From positions 1-64,000 of IMG/VR virus record IMGVR_UViG_3300042898_004347: a stretch of DNA of 64,000 bases; one strand, written 5' to 3'. The DNA is from a virus. The notes beneath the pieces are model-generated. The model was not told where the DNA came from. It saw nothing but the letters and a program-made list of their open reading frames with translations, and searched no databases. The position numbers and the translations under genes were made by a program. Numbering within the stretch: the first letter of the stretch is position 1; every line of letters begins with the position of its first letter. Positions 23,301-33,176 of the stretch are shown piece after piece.

Positions 23301-25926
23301 TTTCCAGCAATGAAAGAGAGGTATAATATTCTAAATTTGTGACTCGTTTTTCAATTTTACCAATATCTCGCATCGTATAGCGCTTATTGTCAATCATTGT
23401 CGGAATCGTATCCGCATCGCTGAATGTATAAGCACCAAGACGAATGATGTAAAGAACCATTGCATCTTTCGGATCTTCTGGTGCAACTGGATTAATAGCA
23501 GAAGTACCCTTTACAACACCGAACTGTCCGTCTCCCGTAACATAAATCTTATCAACTCGCGGAAGATAATGTTGAATATCCGTGGTCATAATACTATTGG
23601 TCTGGAATAGCGTTACGAGCGAGGAGTTTGTTCCTGAAAAATTTGCACCATCATTTCCCTTTGTGGGTCTAAAATCGATGGCATCGCGCAGCTGAATAAA
23701 TCCATTTGAAGACTGATACGATGGAATTGCACCGTAATCAACACTATACGAATTAACAGAGAAATAGTCTCCGCCGCCATGAGTAAAATTCTTCAAAACA
23801 ACTAATAACTGACCCACCGGAGCTGGGACGTTGTACTTTAATTGAATTCGAGCTTGATCGTAAAAATTATCACGTTGACCATTATCGACAATATAACGAT
23901 CCGTCACATTTAGATGCTCATTTGTTGCAGCTGTACCTAAACCTGGAGACATATAGATTGCACTTACTTCGAACAAATCTGTTACTCCAAGAAGATCGTA
24001 ACTACCCGCAGCTGTGTTTGGTGTTGCAAAGGCGACATTTGTATTTGCAGAGAGAGTTTTAGTCTTTTCAACAATATTTCGGCGAGTAGGAGCAATAATG
24101 TTTGCGGTTATACTTGTTACGCCACTGTATGTGAGGGTGACGCTTGAACCGCCACCCACAAGGGCGACTGCGCTTGGTACAATGAACTCACCGCTATTAC
24201 CACCGCTAGCGCGTACTGTTATGTAATCCGCGGGTGTTGTTGATTGAAAAATTTCGTTTGTAATTGCCGAAAGTGTGCATACAGAACTACCGTTAATGCT
24301 AACTGCATCAAACTTACGTTTTACATAGTATAAATTGTCATTCGTAATGTCATCGAGACTGCGAAGTGAATTTACAGTATTGACTGGTAATGCAAACACG
24401 AGTGAATTGTTTGATGTATCCTGTAAACCAGATCGTAACGAACCGGAGGGTATAACATCAGCCACATTTGCAGTGAAAGCAGCACCATATCCACTCTGCT
24501 GCAGAGTAACAATATCATTGTTAAACGTATAGCCAGCATTCATCTGTATATCGAACAGATACAGTTTGTAAATTGCTGCTGAAGTGTTGACTGTTCCACT
24601 TACATATTCGATGGCTCTTGCACGTGCAGTACCACGAACGGTCGTACCGCTATCTTTAAGATTGATTGTGCTAAAATTGACGATGTCGGGAAGACTTACA
24701 ACTGTATCAATGTAAATATAATTTCCAAGAGGTAAAAGAGTCGAAGCTGCATTCAGGAAGTTTTCGTCACGAGCCTTTTCAACCTCAACATAGACAGTTG
24801 ATTCACTTGCAATTCGATATCCCTTTACGTATGCAACAGAAGGTTCAAGACCGACTGCCAAGCGAGCATCTCCAAAGGTGTTGGCTGCGCCATCAGTAGT
24901 TAATTGAAGAGGATAGAGTGCTCTGAGTTGAGCAGTTGTATAACGTCCACCATTGCTTCCGGTATTGCGTAATTCACGCACATTCACCTGAAAAGGACGT
25001 ACCGTGTAATTGCCAGATTCTTCAAAGGTTCTTTGGGCAAGAATATCTCCAAGTTCAGAGTATTCTGTACGTGCGGTTGCTTTAACGTCACCATTCTCGA
25101 TCACGAGCAACTGAATGATATTTGCCTCGACTCGTGAGGAAAGTAATAATGGTTCTTTTGCTAGTGTCAGAGTAATCTGATAACGATGAGCTCCTGGAGC
25201 TGAAGCATTTGGAGAACCTGCCGCATTGTCAGTGAGGGTTGAATCTGTTGAAGATGTGACAACTTGTTCAAGGACCTTATATACGACACGAGCATTTACG
25301 TTCGTGGTGTATTTTTCTAGAATAATACTTGCAGCTGGAGTATAAACAAAATTGCCCGAAACGAAGAACACGCCTTCATTTACTGAAACCCGAGTTCCGA
25401 GGCCAGTCGGAAGAACTCCAGATGCAGTGGCCTTTACTTTAAAGAGCGTGGCTCCACTATCGCTTGCCGTAAGAACTTCTTCCGGAGCAAAAACGAGTGT
25501 TGTATTATTTGTTCCGGCCTTTGTGTACTTTACAAAAAGCGTAAGAGGATCCGGTGACGCTGTTGCAGTCACATCAAGAACTGTTGCCGTGACACCGCTT
25601 GTTCCGCCCGTGAGAACTTTGCCAATGACTGCGGCGCGTCTTCCAGCGGTGTCGGATGTGTATGACGCACCCGCATTTGAGAATGTAGTTTCACATTTAA
25701 CATATGCAAATCCGGTATCCAGAGATGCAAGACCCCCGATTGCAGGAGAACCATCCTTAAAAATATGCCGACCAAATCGATCGATCTGAGCCTGAAGCGC
25801 GGTCTGAAGTTGTGTCAGTTCTCGAGTTTGTACCGAGACGCCTGGACGAAACAAAATCCTTTGATAGTTTTTTGTTTCATCATAATCATCATAATAAGGC
25901 GCAACATTGTATGTTTTAATTGGCAT
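20392..25926 (-). CDS. Large virion structural/baseplate protein (DUF4815-type)
   Basis: YNVAPYYDDYD..KNYQRILFRPG..VQ.RELTQLQ, NKRYTMRDIG, DPLAQS motifs. Confidence 0.85.
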   Translation of the reverse strand: MPIKTYNVAPYYDDYDETKNYQRILFRPGVSVQTRELTQLQTALQAQIDRFGRHIFKDGSPAIGGLASLDTGFAYVKCETTFSNAGASYTSDTAGRRAAVIGKVLTGGTSGVTATVLDVTATASPDPLTLFVKYTKAGTNNTTLVFAPEEVLTASDSGATLFKVKATASGVLPTGLGTRVSVNEGVFFVSGNFVYTPAASIILEKYTTNVNARVVYKVLEQVVTSSTDSTLTDNAAGSPNASAPGAHRYQITLTLAKEPLLLSSRVEANIIQLLVIENGDVKATARTEYSELGDILAQRTFEESGNYTVRPFQVNVRELRNTGSNGGRYTTAQLRALYPLQLTTDGAANTFGDARLAVGLEPSVAYVKGYRIASESTVYVEVEKARDENFLNAASTLLPLGNYIYIDTVVSLPDIVNFSTINLKDSGTTVRGTARARAIEYVSGTVNTSAAIYKLYLFDIQMNAGYTFNNDIVTLQQSGYGAAFTANVADVIPSGSLRSGLQDTSNNSLVFALPVNTVNSLRSLDDITNDNLYYVKRKFDAVSINGSSVCTLSAITNEIFQSTTPADYITVRASGGNSGEFIVPSAVALVGGGSSVTLTYSGVTSITANIIAPTRRNIVEKTKTLSANTNVAFATPNTAAGSYDLLGVTDLFEVSAIYMSPGLGTAATNEHLNVTDRYIVDNGQRDNFYDQARIQLKYNVPAPVGQLLVVLKNFTHGGGDYFSVNSYSVDYGAIPSYQSSNGFIQLRDAIDFRPTKGNDGANFSGTNSSLVTLFQTNSIMTTDIQHYLPRVDKIYVTGDGQFGVVKGTSAINPVAPEDPKDAMVLYIIRLGAYTFSDADTIPTMIDNKRYTMRDIGKIEKRVTNLEYYTSLSLLEKDTASTQIFDATGNRFKNGFVVDSFYGSNVGAVTNNDYSVSMDRSAGRLRPMFYEDNLRLIFNSGVSSNVRKTGSLLTLNYYTANYISQPYASYAENVNPYMVFSWTGDVVLSPGSDEWKETLRAPDVVIDQTGIYDSLIQMADAAGAIGTVWNEWQTNWTGETTSSANEVTANAVNSGDGIVGSTTVITDVATTITATQTGTLNRSGVRTSVVPDTVLTNMGDRVVEINFVPFIRSRKIYFKATRLKPNTRVYAFFDGISLADYIREESSFVEYSTATNTANYLNQTAHPDGATTLVSDSVGEIIGSFIIPNTAAVKFKTGQRNFRLTDSVTNDTRHCDTSAECVYFAQGLMNTVENQVVSTKVPVFSRSAVSDIPVAISNTTQSVSHRITSLTNSWDRSTVPPVDVEVPVVVEPPAPVEPPPEEVFTLPEPDPWDEEQGGRIRWSDPLAQSILIDTEGGIFLSGIDLYFKEKDESATSPAPVSVEIRTMMNGAPTQTVVPFSKVTKAASAVSLSSTAATATTFTFESPVYLTGGVEYCFVVMTNSDKYKLWVAELGQNDVTNTTYRITEQPYNGVMFKSANASTWTPEQTKDIKFVIRRCVFTDQPGVAVFHNAEIPTRLLGTDAIYTVSGSKVIRVFHKNHGHFANSKVTFSGIAATASSALNNILIADLNATHTIQSVTMDSYTIDVIVSNSATANATGRAGGSAVRATENKTFNYINPIVQDLILPSTDIQWSTRVTSGKSLAGTESQHTLAAYVETRVNATSEFSTPQVITSAPNIAASFPAGGQSYFLKGEFFRSGPRDNLSPVIDLDRMSVITIANRIDNPDATGASGFNDVDGHGISFVAETASSGGSTLSKYITRKIELNEPAETLRIIVLANNPPQAGIGLYYKVQTSLDQNFDALPWVGPVTPVSPIKISDNPNSFSEVEYNVDPAAFTAFAVKISLTSTNSSKVPSLRNFRAIALT

Positions 25927-25937
25927 ATTCGGAAATA

Positions 25938-27398
25938 TTAAAATTCGGTGATAACCTTGATATCTTCAATCTGTGAGGCAGAGCGGTTAATCGGTGCACG
26001 ATTTTCAACAAAGATGATTTTTCCAGAGAATCTATCTACTTCAGGATTCTGTAATGAAGCAATGACTCCCGTTCCAGTGCTGCTCTGGCCCGTGATTGTT
26101 TCCGTTGTTATAAAGGTTCCATATCCAGTTTTATCATTTTGATGATAACGAACAACACCAGTTGCACTATCCCACGAATCAAGGTATGCAACGGCTCCAC
26201 TTGTTCCACCTGTAAAATAATTACCAACCACCAGAGCAGAAGAACCCGTGAGAGTCATGCCTTTCAGAGCCTTTAGCGTTGATGCTGTTGCGACTGTTGT
26301 AGTTCCGTAGGTGAATGGATTTTTCACAATTCCCAATTGGCGAAATGAGTTATTAATGATAAAATCAGAACCTTCTGCACCCGTGAGGCTTATGCTCAGG
26401 CCGCTATAAAATCCGCCTAATTCCTCAACTGGATTTGATCCATGACCATTTGCAGGAGAGAGAACCGCTCTGACTGTGGCCGCAGTTGTAAAACCACCAC
26501 CGCTCAATACTACATTTGCAACACTGTAGTTAGATCCAGCATTTGTATTAAAGCCCGAACCAGTTGTTGTAACTGTTACTCCTGTTACAACACCACCAGC
26601 AATTGTTGCTGTGGCAAGAGCACCGGTACCATCACCAACTACTGTAACTGTTGGAGCAGTAGCGTATCCTGTACCGCCACTCGTGACAACATAACGATAA
26701 ATTTTACCTTTAAGAGCTGCAATATTTGCATTTTGATTTGCATATTGCGTTTGATCAGCTTCACTTAGATCTCCAGCAACACCAACAGTCTTCGTCACGG
26801 TCGTCACTGAACCAGACGTTGACGATGTTGTGACAACCGGAAGTGTTACTGTTTTGACAGGAACGTAGAAATTAGTAAGGAACTTTACAGCATCCACCGT
26901 TGGAACAGTGTACATGTATTTCCAAAGATATCCATCACCCAGCAGAACGGGTGCAACTGTTGCGGTATCTACTGGTTTACTTGTGCTTGTTCCTGCACCA
27001 GCCCTAATGCACTTGTAGACCTTATACTCGTCGGTAATAATGTAATATGGTTTCGAATAGATGTCAGGATCTTGATCATCCCATGCAACATATGTGGCCC
27101 CCGATACCCATGTGAGTGAAATATCAACATTTGAAACGGAAGCATACCGTGGCATAACATTACTAACATCACCAGCACTAATTTTCTTTAATGCGGACAT
27201 ATTCTGATATGCGTCATTGATTTCAACGACAGTATCTAGAGGTGTGGGTGATTCTGAATCTGCGGTGGTTGCAAGATTGGCTGACCACGCATCTGATTTA
27301 CCCAGAAATAGATAATAGCTGTTTGCAAGATCCGCGACGGAATCCTTGAAGTTATTTGCGTTGAGCGTACGGAAATGAGAAGTGATAATAGCAGCCAT
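25938..27398 (-). CDS. gp8: Baseplate wedge subunit gp8
   Basis: YLFLGK, KVYKC, DGYLWKYMY, ENRAPINR...QIEDIK. Confidence 0.85.
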   Translation of the reverse strand: MAAIITSHFRTLNANNFKDSVADLANSYYLFLGKSDAWSANLATTADSESPTPLDTVVEINDAYQNMSALKKISAGDVSNVMPRYASVSNVDISLTWVSGATYVAWDDQDPDIYSKPYYIITDEYKVYKCIRAGAGTSTSKPVDTATVAPVLLGDGYLWKYMYTVPTVDAVKFLTNFYVPVKTVTLPVVTTSSTSGSVTTVTKTVGVAGDLSEADQTQYANQNANIAALKGKIYRYVVTSGGTGYATAPTVTVVGDGTGALATATIAGGVVTGVTVTTTGSGFNTNAGSNYSVANVVLSGGGFTTAATVRAVLSPANGHGSNPVEELGGFYSGLSISLTGAEGSDFIINNSFRQLGIVKNPFTYGTTTVATASTLKALKGMTLTGSSALVVGNYFTGGTSGAVAYLDSWDSATGVVRYHQNDKTGYGTFITTETITGQSSTGTGVIASLQNPEVDRFSGKIIFVENRAPINRSASQIEDIKVITEF

Positions 27399-27409
27399 AG
27401 TGAGGATCT

Positions 27410-29032
27410 TTAGGGGATATTAGAGAGAGTAATGAGAGAACCTACGTTACCCCAAGGTATTTGGTTATTTATATCAGTTGAGTCCGCCTGTTCAATCGTA
27501 TAATTTGCATAAGAGTGCATTTCTGTACCTGGATCAAAGAAATGAGCAATACTCTGGTATCTTTTTACTAACATTTCGGGATGTGCAGAATTAGCCGGAA
27601 CAATTGGTATTTGATCAAACAGAAGGGTAAAGTGAGTTCCCTTGAATACTGTTGAATCATAAACCGCAGTCATAACGCCAAGTTTATGAGGACTGAGCAG
27701 ACTAGCACCAGTAAAGATACTCCGAAGATATGCGGTATCAGCGTTCTTCTTTGGAAACGGGATCATTGCCTGAGGAACTACAAAAGACTGATTCCAGACC
27801 ATCGTGGCAGTGTCAATGGTACCAGCCTCAATTGTACATAACCATGCAGTATTTCGATTCTGGACGGACCCGTGAGGAATAAACACAAATGCTGAAACCA
27901 GCTCATCACGAGTATCAGCGTCGGTGGTACGAGTCCATGCTCCGGCGTTTACTTGATAGATGCCATTCTCAGAGGTAGTTGTTTGATTCTTCACTAAAAC
28001 ACGATCTCCCGCAATTACAGCCAGACCGTCAATTGTCTGAGGGCCACTCAAAGTAATATTTGCTGTTGTTGCCGCAACACAACGTTCTTTTCTACTAAAT
28101 GGCTCGCCGGAAATGCCATCGGTAAGACTCTCGGCAAATCCAACAAAAACCGGTACTGCCAAATCTTCATCTGAAATTAATCCAGGTTGATGAGTATGCA
28201 TCGAACTATAGATTCGAACATCGTCTCTTCCATCAATGATATCTAAAAGTTTAATGTTTAAATTTTCGAGTGTGAGAGGAACGGTAATACCATTTATTCT
28301 CTGATAGCCAGATAACCACAGATCTAAGTCCTGAATAATGTCAACCGGAAAGGCATTTACGTTTTCAATAAAGATAACGATCTGACCAAAGAAGATAAAT
28401 CCAGCAGGGTGTACTAAACGATTAAATTCATTTTTCCAGGTATCCGTGTTATTGCCCGTCTGAATCACGTAAGAAAATTGTTGATAAAAATACGAATCCT
28501 GAAGCTTTATGGTGTCCGAAAGAAATCCTTTGTTATCGACATAACCGCCCGAAGAATATCCCGTAAGCGTATTGCCGCTATAGTTTGGCCTCAACGCATT
28601 TGGATCCCAATTACCTGAAGATGGTATCAGCATATCCTCACGAGGGTAATATATCTGTACATTATCCTGAAAGAGGATTTTAAAAAATAAACGAATGGAA
28701 TCAACCGAACCTCTTACGGAATAATACTGGAGTAAGCTTTTGTATAGTTTTACCTTGTCAATCTGTACGTTTTTAGGAATTGCAGCAGCAATTTCTTTTT
28801 GTAAAAGTGTCAAATATTTTTCGTCGACAAGGTCAATATCACGAGCATTGTTAATCGAATTAATCTCATAACTTGGATTCCCGGACAAATTCATGTAGTC
28901 GTAATAACTCTTCAGCAACTCAATGAGTGCTGCTGACTTATCGCGTAGACCCGAAGGAATTAAAGATTCTACGCGAGAAGTCTCTTTTCTTTTCCGACGA
29001 GTGCTAGCAAGAGTTTCGATTGAATACGCCAT
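27410..29032 (-). CDS. Baseplate wedge initiator, gp7-like
   Basis: LQDSYFYQQFSYVI, LVHPAGF; between gp6 and gp8. Confidence 0.7.
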   Translation of the reverse strand: MAYSIETLASTRRKRKETSRVESLIPSGLRDKSAALIELLKSYYDYMNLSGNPSYEINSINNARDIDLVDEKYLTLLQKEIAAAIPKNVQIDKVKLYKSLLQYYSVRGSVDSIRLFFKILFQDNVQIYYPREDMLIPSSGNWDPNALRPNYSGNTLTGYSSGGYVDNKGFLSDTIKLQDSYFYQQFSYVIQTGNNTDTWKNEFNRLVHPAGFIFFGQIVIFIENVNAFPVDIIQDLDLWLSGYQRINGITVPLTLENLNIKLLDIIDGRDDVRIYSSMHTHQPGLISDEDLAVPVFVGFAESLTDGISGEPFSRKERCVAATTANITLSGPQTIDGLAVIAGDRVLVKNQTTTSENGIYQVNAGAWTRTTDADTRDELVSAFVFIPHGSVQNRNTAWLCTIEAGTIDTATMVWNQSFVVPQAMIPFPKKNADTAYLRSIFTGASLLSPHKLGVMTAVYDSTVFKGTHFTLLFDQIPIVPANSAHPEMLVKRYQSIAHFFDPGTEMHSYANYTIEQADSTDINNQIPWGNVGSLITLSNIP

Positions 29033-29040
29033 ATAAAATA

Positions 29041-30867
29041 TTACCGATGACGTGACGTTGTTGTATAGACCACAGCGCCAGAAGAGCCCGCAACCGCAAT
29101 CGTATCATTTTCACCCACCACAACGACTTCTTGCAAATCAATTGAAAGAAGCTGGTTTCTTTTTGGAGCAATGTCATTTGAGTTCGGAACCACAGTAAAC
29201 CGAATTGGCGTAGTCGTATCTGTTATAAACCCAGAAATCGTAATATTGCCTGTTGCTGCATATAACATTCCGACTTCCTTCACTTTTTCCACAGCTCCGT
29301 TCACAAGTTTGCACATGAAGATTTTTCTATCGTATGATCCTTCAACCACAAAATCTCTAAAATAATGTTCAATGCCACCCACCAAAAAGGCATTTGTTGA
29401 GAGTACAAATGAATCAGAAGAACTCTGATAAATCGGACCTGAAAAATTTAAATCAAAGTAATTGTTATTTGTATTGGATGGAGTGGCTTCTTTATACATG
29501 TAGACACGAATCGTAGAATTCAGAATTGAAGGTTCCGAAGTATCAATTTGTCTTAAGAGTTTTGAATGACGAAACACTCCATCGAATTTTAAAAGATCGT
29601 CATTGTTATACGCAATTATTGCTTCGCGTACTATTGTCTGCAATTCAACAAGAGCTCTATCTGTTAGATTGCCATTGTATTTAAAAAATACATCCAGCTC
29701 GAGGTAGGTATATTCTGGATCAACTAGAATAGGAGTGATCGAAACGACGTTTTTACCCGCAAGAACAGAAGATAAAATTGTAGTTTTCTCAGCGGTTGTA
29801 AGAGTTTCAGCTCCAATGGGTTTTACAGAAATATAAACCTTTCCGAAATTTGGAACAATATCATCTTCTCCACCCCATACTGAAATTGCCTCAACGTTTG
29901 CTACATTCTTTAAGATGATTGCACGATAGTCATCCGCCGTGACTGCGCGGTTCTGTGCAGTAAAGGTAAGAGGTGCATTATAGCGAATTGATTCAATTGA
30001 TTCACGTACTCCTCCACCATATGAGTCTACGGCAACAGTCACCGCAATATTGCTATAGCCCGAGATGGTATCAACGGAAGTAAATAGATTGGCTCCGTCT
30101 GCAACTGTTCCATCTGTATAGACGTATTCGATCTCGACAATGTTATTTGCGGTTGGCATCTTGCCCAGAATACCGTCTCCAAAGTAAATCTCATAGAGTC
30201 CCTGAGGAGTTTCCTGTAAGTAATAAATCTGAGAATTCTCGTTGATATTTACGAGTGATGTAAATTGCGTATAGATTGAATATGAATCGGATTCAGTGTT
30301 CGCCTTTAATCTGACGCGCATTGTACTTGTATCAATATTTGCATCTGGAATTTCAAATTTCTGATTTCCAAGTGAGGTATCAACTCGATAGATCATTCTC
30401 TTGAGCGTACCCTGACGAACAGGAATATTTGTAAAAGTGTATTTACCTCCATTTATTGGTTCAACATGCGATTCAAGAGCAACAAAGTAATAGCGAACTT
30501 GATCCACAACAGTAGAAAACCGAGTTCCGCGTAGGATTGTTGCCTGATTTGCAACTGTAGATCCTGGAGTGACTACAACATTAATAACTGCCTTTGATGA
30601 TGCCAATGATCTTGGAACATATCCTAATAGCTTTGCATGAGAGACTACATTTCCACGAATCTGTGCTGAATCTAAAAACGTCTCATTCAAAGAGAGATGC
30701 GCCACCATTGCATTATAGTGAGTATTATATGCGAGCACATCAAGAAGAACGGAAAGACCCGAGCCATTAAAATCCCAATCATTGTATTTTGATTGTGACC
30801 GAAAGTGGGCTTTGATTGAATCCTTGATTGCGGCAAAATCAAGTTCGGAGACGTTGAATGAAGACAT
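29041..30867 (-). CDS. gp6: Baseplate wedge subunit gp6
   Basis: ELDF..IK, LLDVLAYNTHY, QNRAVTADDY, VWGGED. Confidence 0.92.
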   Translation of the reverse strand: MSSFNVSELDFAAIKDSIKAHFRSQSKYNDWDFNGSGLSVLLDVLAYNTHYNAMVAHLSLNETFLDSAQIRGNVVSHAKLLGYVPRSLASSKAVINVVVTPGSTVANQATILRGTRFSTVVDQVRYYFVALESHVEPINGGKYTFTNIPVRQGTLKRMIYRVDTSLGNQKFEIPDANIDTSTMRVRLKANTESDSYSIYTQFTSLVNINENSQIYYLQETPQGLYEIYFGDGILGKMPTANNIVEIEYVYTDGTVADGANLFTSVDTISGYSNIAVTVAVDSYGGGVRESIESIRYNAPLTFTAQNRAVTADDYRAIILKNVANVEAISVWGGEDDIVPNFGKVYISVKPIGAETLTTAEKTTILSSVLAGKNVVSITPILVDPEYTYLELDVFFKYNGNLTDRALVELQTIVREAIIAYNNDDLLKFDGVFRHSKLLRQIDTSEPSILNSTIRVYMYKEATPSNTNNNYFDLNFSGPIYQSSSDSFVLSTNAFLVGGIEHYFRDFVVEGSYDRKIFMCKLVNGAVEKVKEVGMLYAATGNITISGFITDTTTPIRFTVVPNSNDIAPKRNQLLSIDLQEVVVVGENDTIAVAGSSGAVVYTTTSRHR

Positions 30868-30882
30868 ATGGCAAAAATTAAA

Positions 30883-31332
30883 TTAGCGGAGACGTGAGAG
30901 ATAAAGCGTGATATCTACTTCAATGTTTTGGGATATCACTCGAAATGATAAATTTACGTGATATCTGTTTCTGTCCGAATCATCTATCACCTCCGCAATA
31001 ATTGAATCGATTCGAGGTTCATTTTTTTGAAGAACTTCAAGAATTGATTGTTTTAAACGGATGATTGTAATGATATCAGCAGGTTCAAACAGAATGTTAC
31101 TTAAATTTGATCCTAGATTTGGCCGAAATGGGCGTTCATGAAAATTAGTGAATATCAAATTTTTGACTGCATTAATAACAGCGTCAGTATCTGTTAAAGG
31201 CATAATATCATGAAAAATAGGATGGAGAGTCAATGACAGATCCAGGTCAGAATACAGACGCTTGCTCGAAACGACGGATGCTTTCTGACCCGATGTGTTA
31301 TAATCCGAGAAGGTTTGAACAGAATTTGCCAT
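30883..31332 (-). CDS. gp25: Baseplate wedge subunit gp25
   Basis: YSDLDL, ERPFRPNLGS, EPRI. Confidence 0.9.
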   Translation of the reverse strand: MANSVQTFSDYNTSGQKASVVSSKRLYSDLDLSLTLHPIFHDIMPLTDTDAVINAVKNLIFTNFHERPFRPNLGSNLSNILFEPADIITIIRLKQSILEVLQKNEPRIDSIIAEVIDDSDRNRYHVNLSFRVISQNIEVDITLYLSRLR

Positions 31333-31345
31333 GAAGAGTGTAGCC

Positions 31346-31353
31346 TATTTATA
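31346..31353 (-). promoter_or_regulatory. T4-type late promoter TATAAATA
   Basis: Exact motif upstream of gp25. Confidence 0.8.
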
Positions 31354-31361
31354 TGAATTGT

Positions 31362-31976
31362 CTAGACTCTAGGTTTATTGGCCTCTGCGCCATTAGCACT
31401 TGCAACTGCCGGAGTTACTTCTGTGGTTAATGTTGCTGATGCTGCTGCAGTTGCTGCTGAATCTGCTTCAAGTTCCGCCGCCGAAGCTTTTGCAAAATCA
31501 AGAGCAGCTCCAGCATTCGACAGAAGCGATCCTGGAGACTGTACTAATTGCGTGAAGGCATATGCCTTCTTCACCTGAAGAAAAATGCCTGTTTGTGGTA
31601 TTGCTGGAATAATGCTATCCAGCGTCGGCAGTTTTATATTTCGACAGTCTAATTTGGCCAACTTGTCTTGTATTGCAGTGAGTAGTTTTGTAAAAGCAGC
31701 AACCGTCCTCATGTATAATTCTACCAGTGCTATATACTTGGCATATGCTCCGCCAGCAATCTTTTTTGCCCATTTAATTAGTTTTTTAAGACTCGTTGGG
31801 GGAATTGCGAGCTCGGCCTGACGCGCAAGTTCTTCTAACATTGTTTCAAGCTGTAGTTTAATCATCGCCTGAATGTCTTTTATGAGTTCCTCGAGTGCAC
31901 TGCAATCTGGAATTTCTACAATTTTATCGGCCAATTTGTTAATCTGATCAATTGGATCATTTGATGCGTTTGTCAT
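31362..31976 (-). CDS. Hypothetical helical protein between gp5 and gp25
   Basis: 204-aa ORF in operon, amphipathic helices, Ala-rich tail. Confidence 0.6.
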   Translation of the reverse strand: MTNASNDPIDQINKLADKIVEIPDCSALEELIKDIQAMIKLQLETMLEELARQAELAIPPTSLKKLIKWAKKIAGGAYAKYIALVELYMRTVAAFTKLLTAIQDKLAKLDCRNIKLPTLDSIIPAIPQTGIFLQVKKAYAFTQLVQSPGSLLSNAGAALDFAKASAAELEADSAATAAASATLTTEVTPAVASANGAEANKPRV

Positions 31977-31988
31977 AATTTATGTTTC

Positions 31989-33176
31989 CTATATTGGTGT
32001 AATTCCGGTAATGATGCCGTTCGTAATTTGAACAACACTGTTACCGCATGTCACAGTTCCAGATGCGCCATTTCCGCATCTGACAGATCCATTTAGATCT
32101 ATTGTTGCATAGTTTAAATTGATTCCATTGGATGTGAGACTCACAATTGTTCCATCCGTATTGTTTGCGGCTAAATTTCCATTCGATTTAAGTTTATTAG
32201 TGTGAGTATTTGCAATTGTTTTTGATGAATTTATACCTCGCTCAGCATCAATGTGATCGGACTGCGCTATCTTTGATTGGCGATGACCGTGAATATATTC
32301 GGTTTTATCTCCCCGCACCTCGAGATGATAATTTCCTCCAACGTACTGCCTGAGATTGCCATCAATTGTCATGTTAACATTACCTTTGCCTCCGCCATCA
32401 GTTGACGAAGCTCTTACGTGTATGTAATCATCACCAATAATTACTGTTTGATTAGATCCAACGACCGTTGTTATTTTATTTCCCTTCTTATCAATTTCTG
32501 TATATGTTCCTGATTTATGATAATCAAGTAATCGTTCATGGCCCGGTGTATCATCAACTTCAAAAACATGGCCCGATTCACTTTTAAAAACGTGATTTTT
32601 AGGATATTCTGGTTTTACAGTATCACCGATATTCCAATTGGTCATTTTGTATGCTTCTGGTTCTGACGCCTGTCCCGTCATGGGAGGACGCTGAGCAACT
32701 GGAATGTCTGTGCCTAAATATTTTTCTCTGGACTTATACGCCTCAGATTCGGCAAATTTAGTTCTGGCCTCAAGCGGAATATCAGGAGTTCCTAATTTAG
32801 CTGGAAGAGGATACTTTCCGGCGGGATCAGAAAACCCCTTTGTTTTATCCGGCTGTTGTTCCGTCATTGATGGAATTGTACCAAGAACAATTGGATCTTG
32901 AGCAGATGGTCCGTCGCGGAAGAAACCAATTACCCAAGAACCGGGCAGTACTCCTGTTGCGGACATTCCAATTCCAGACATTGATGCAGAATTTACAGGA
33001 GTCATAACTGAAGCCCAGGGTAGGTTTTCTGTTTTAATGAGACCCCGATCATCTGTATGATAACCAATGCAACGAACTCTTATGCGTCCCATCTGCAAAG
33101 GATCATTCACATCTTCCACGACACCGGTGAACCAGGAGAAGACGCCACCTATAAAACTATCTGGGGAGTAACTCAT
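31989..33176 (-). CDS. gp5: Baseplate hub/spike protein gp5 (no lysozyme domain)
   Basis: WFTGVVED..DP...GRIRVR, LPWA, YPKNHV..SESGH..E.DDTPG.ER; start moved to ATG 33176 (ATGA overlap). Confidence 0.9.
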   Translation of the reverse strand: MSYSPDSFIGGVFSWFTGVVEDVNDPLQMGRIRVRCIGYHTDDRGLIKTENLPWASVMTPVNSASMSGIGMSATGVLPGSWVIGFFRDGPSAQDPIVLGTIPSMTEQQPDKTKGFSDPAGKYPLPAKLGTPDIPLEARTKFAESEAYKSREKYLGTDIPVAQRPPMTGQASEPEAYKMTNWNIGDTVKPEYPKNHVFKSESGHVFEVDDTPGHERLLDYHKSGTYTEIDKKGNKITTVVGSNQTVIIGDDYIHVRASSTDGGGKGNVNMTIDGNLRQYVGGNYHLEVRGDKTEYIHGHRQSKIAQSDHIDAERGINSSKTIANTHTNKLKSNGNLAANNTDGTIVSLTSNGINLNYATIDLNGSVRCGNGASGTVTCGNSVVQITNGIITGITPI

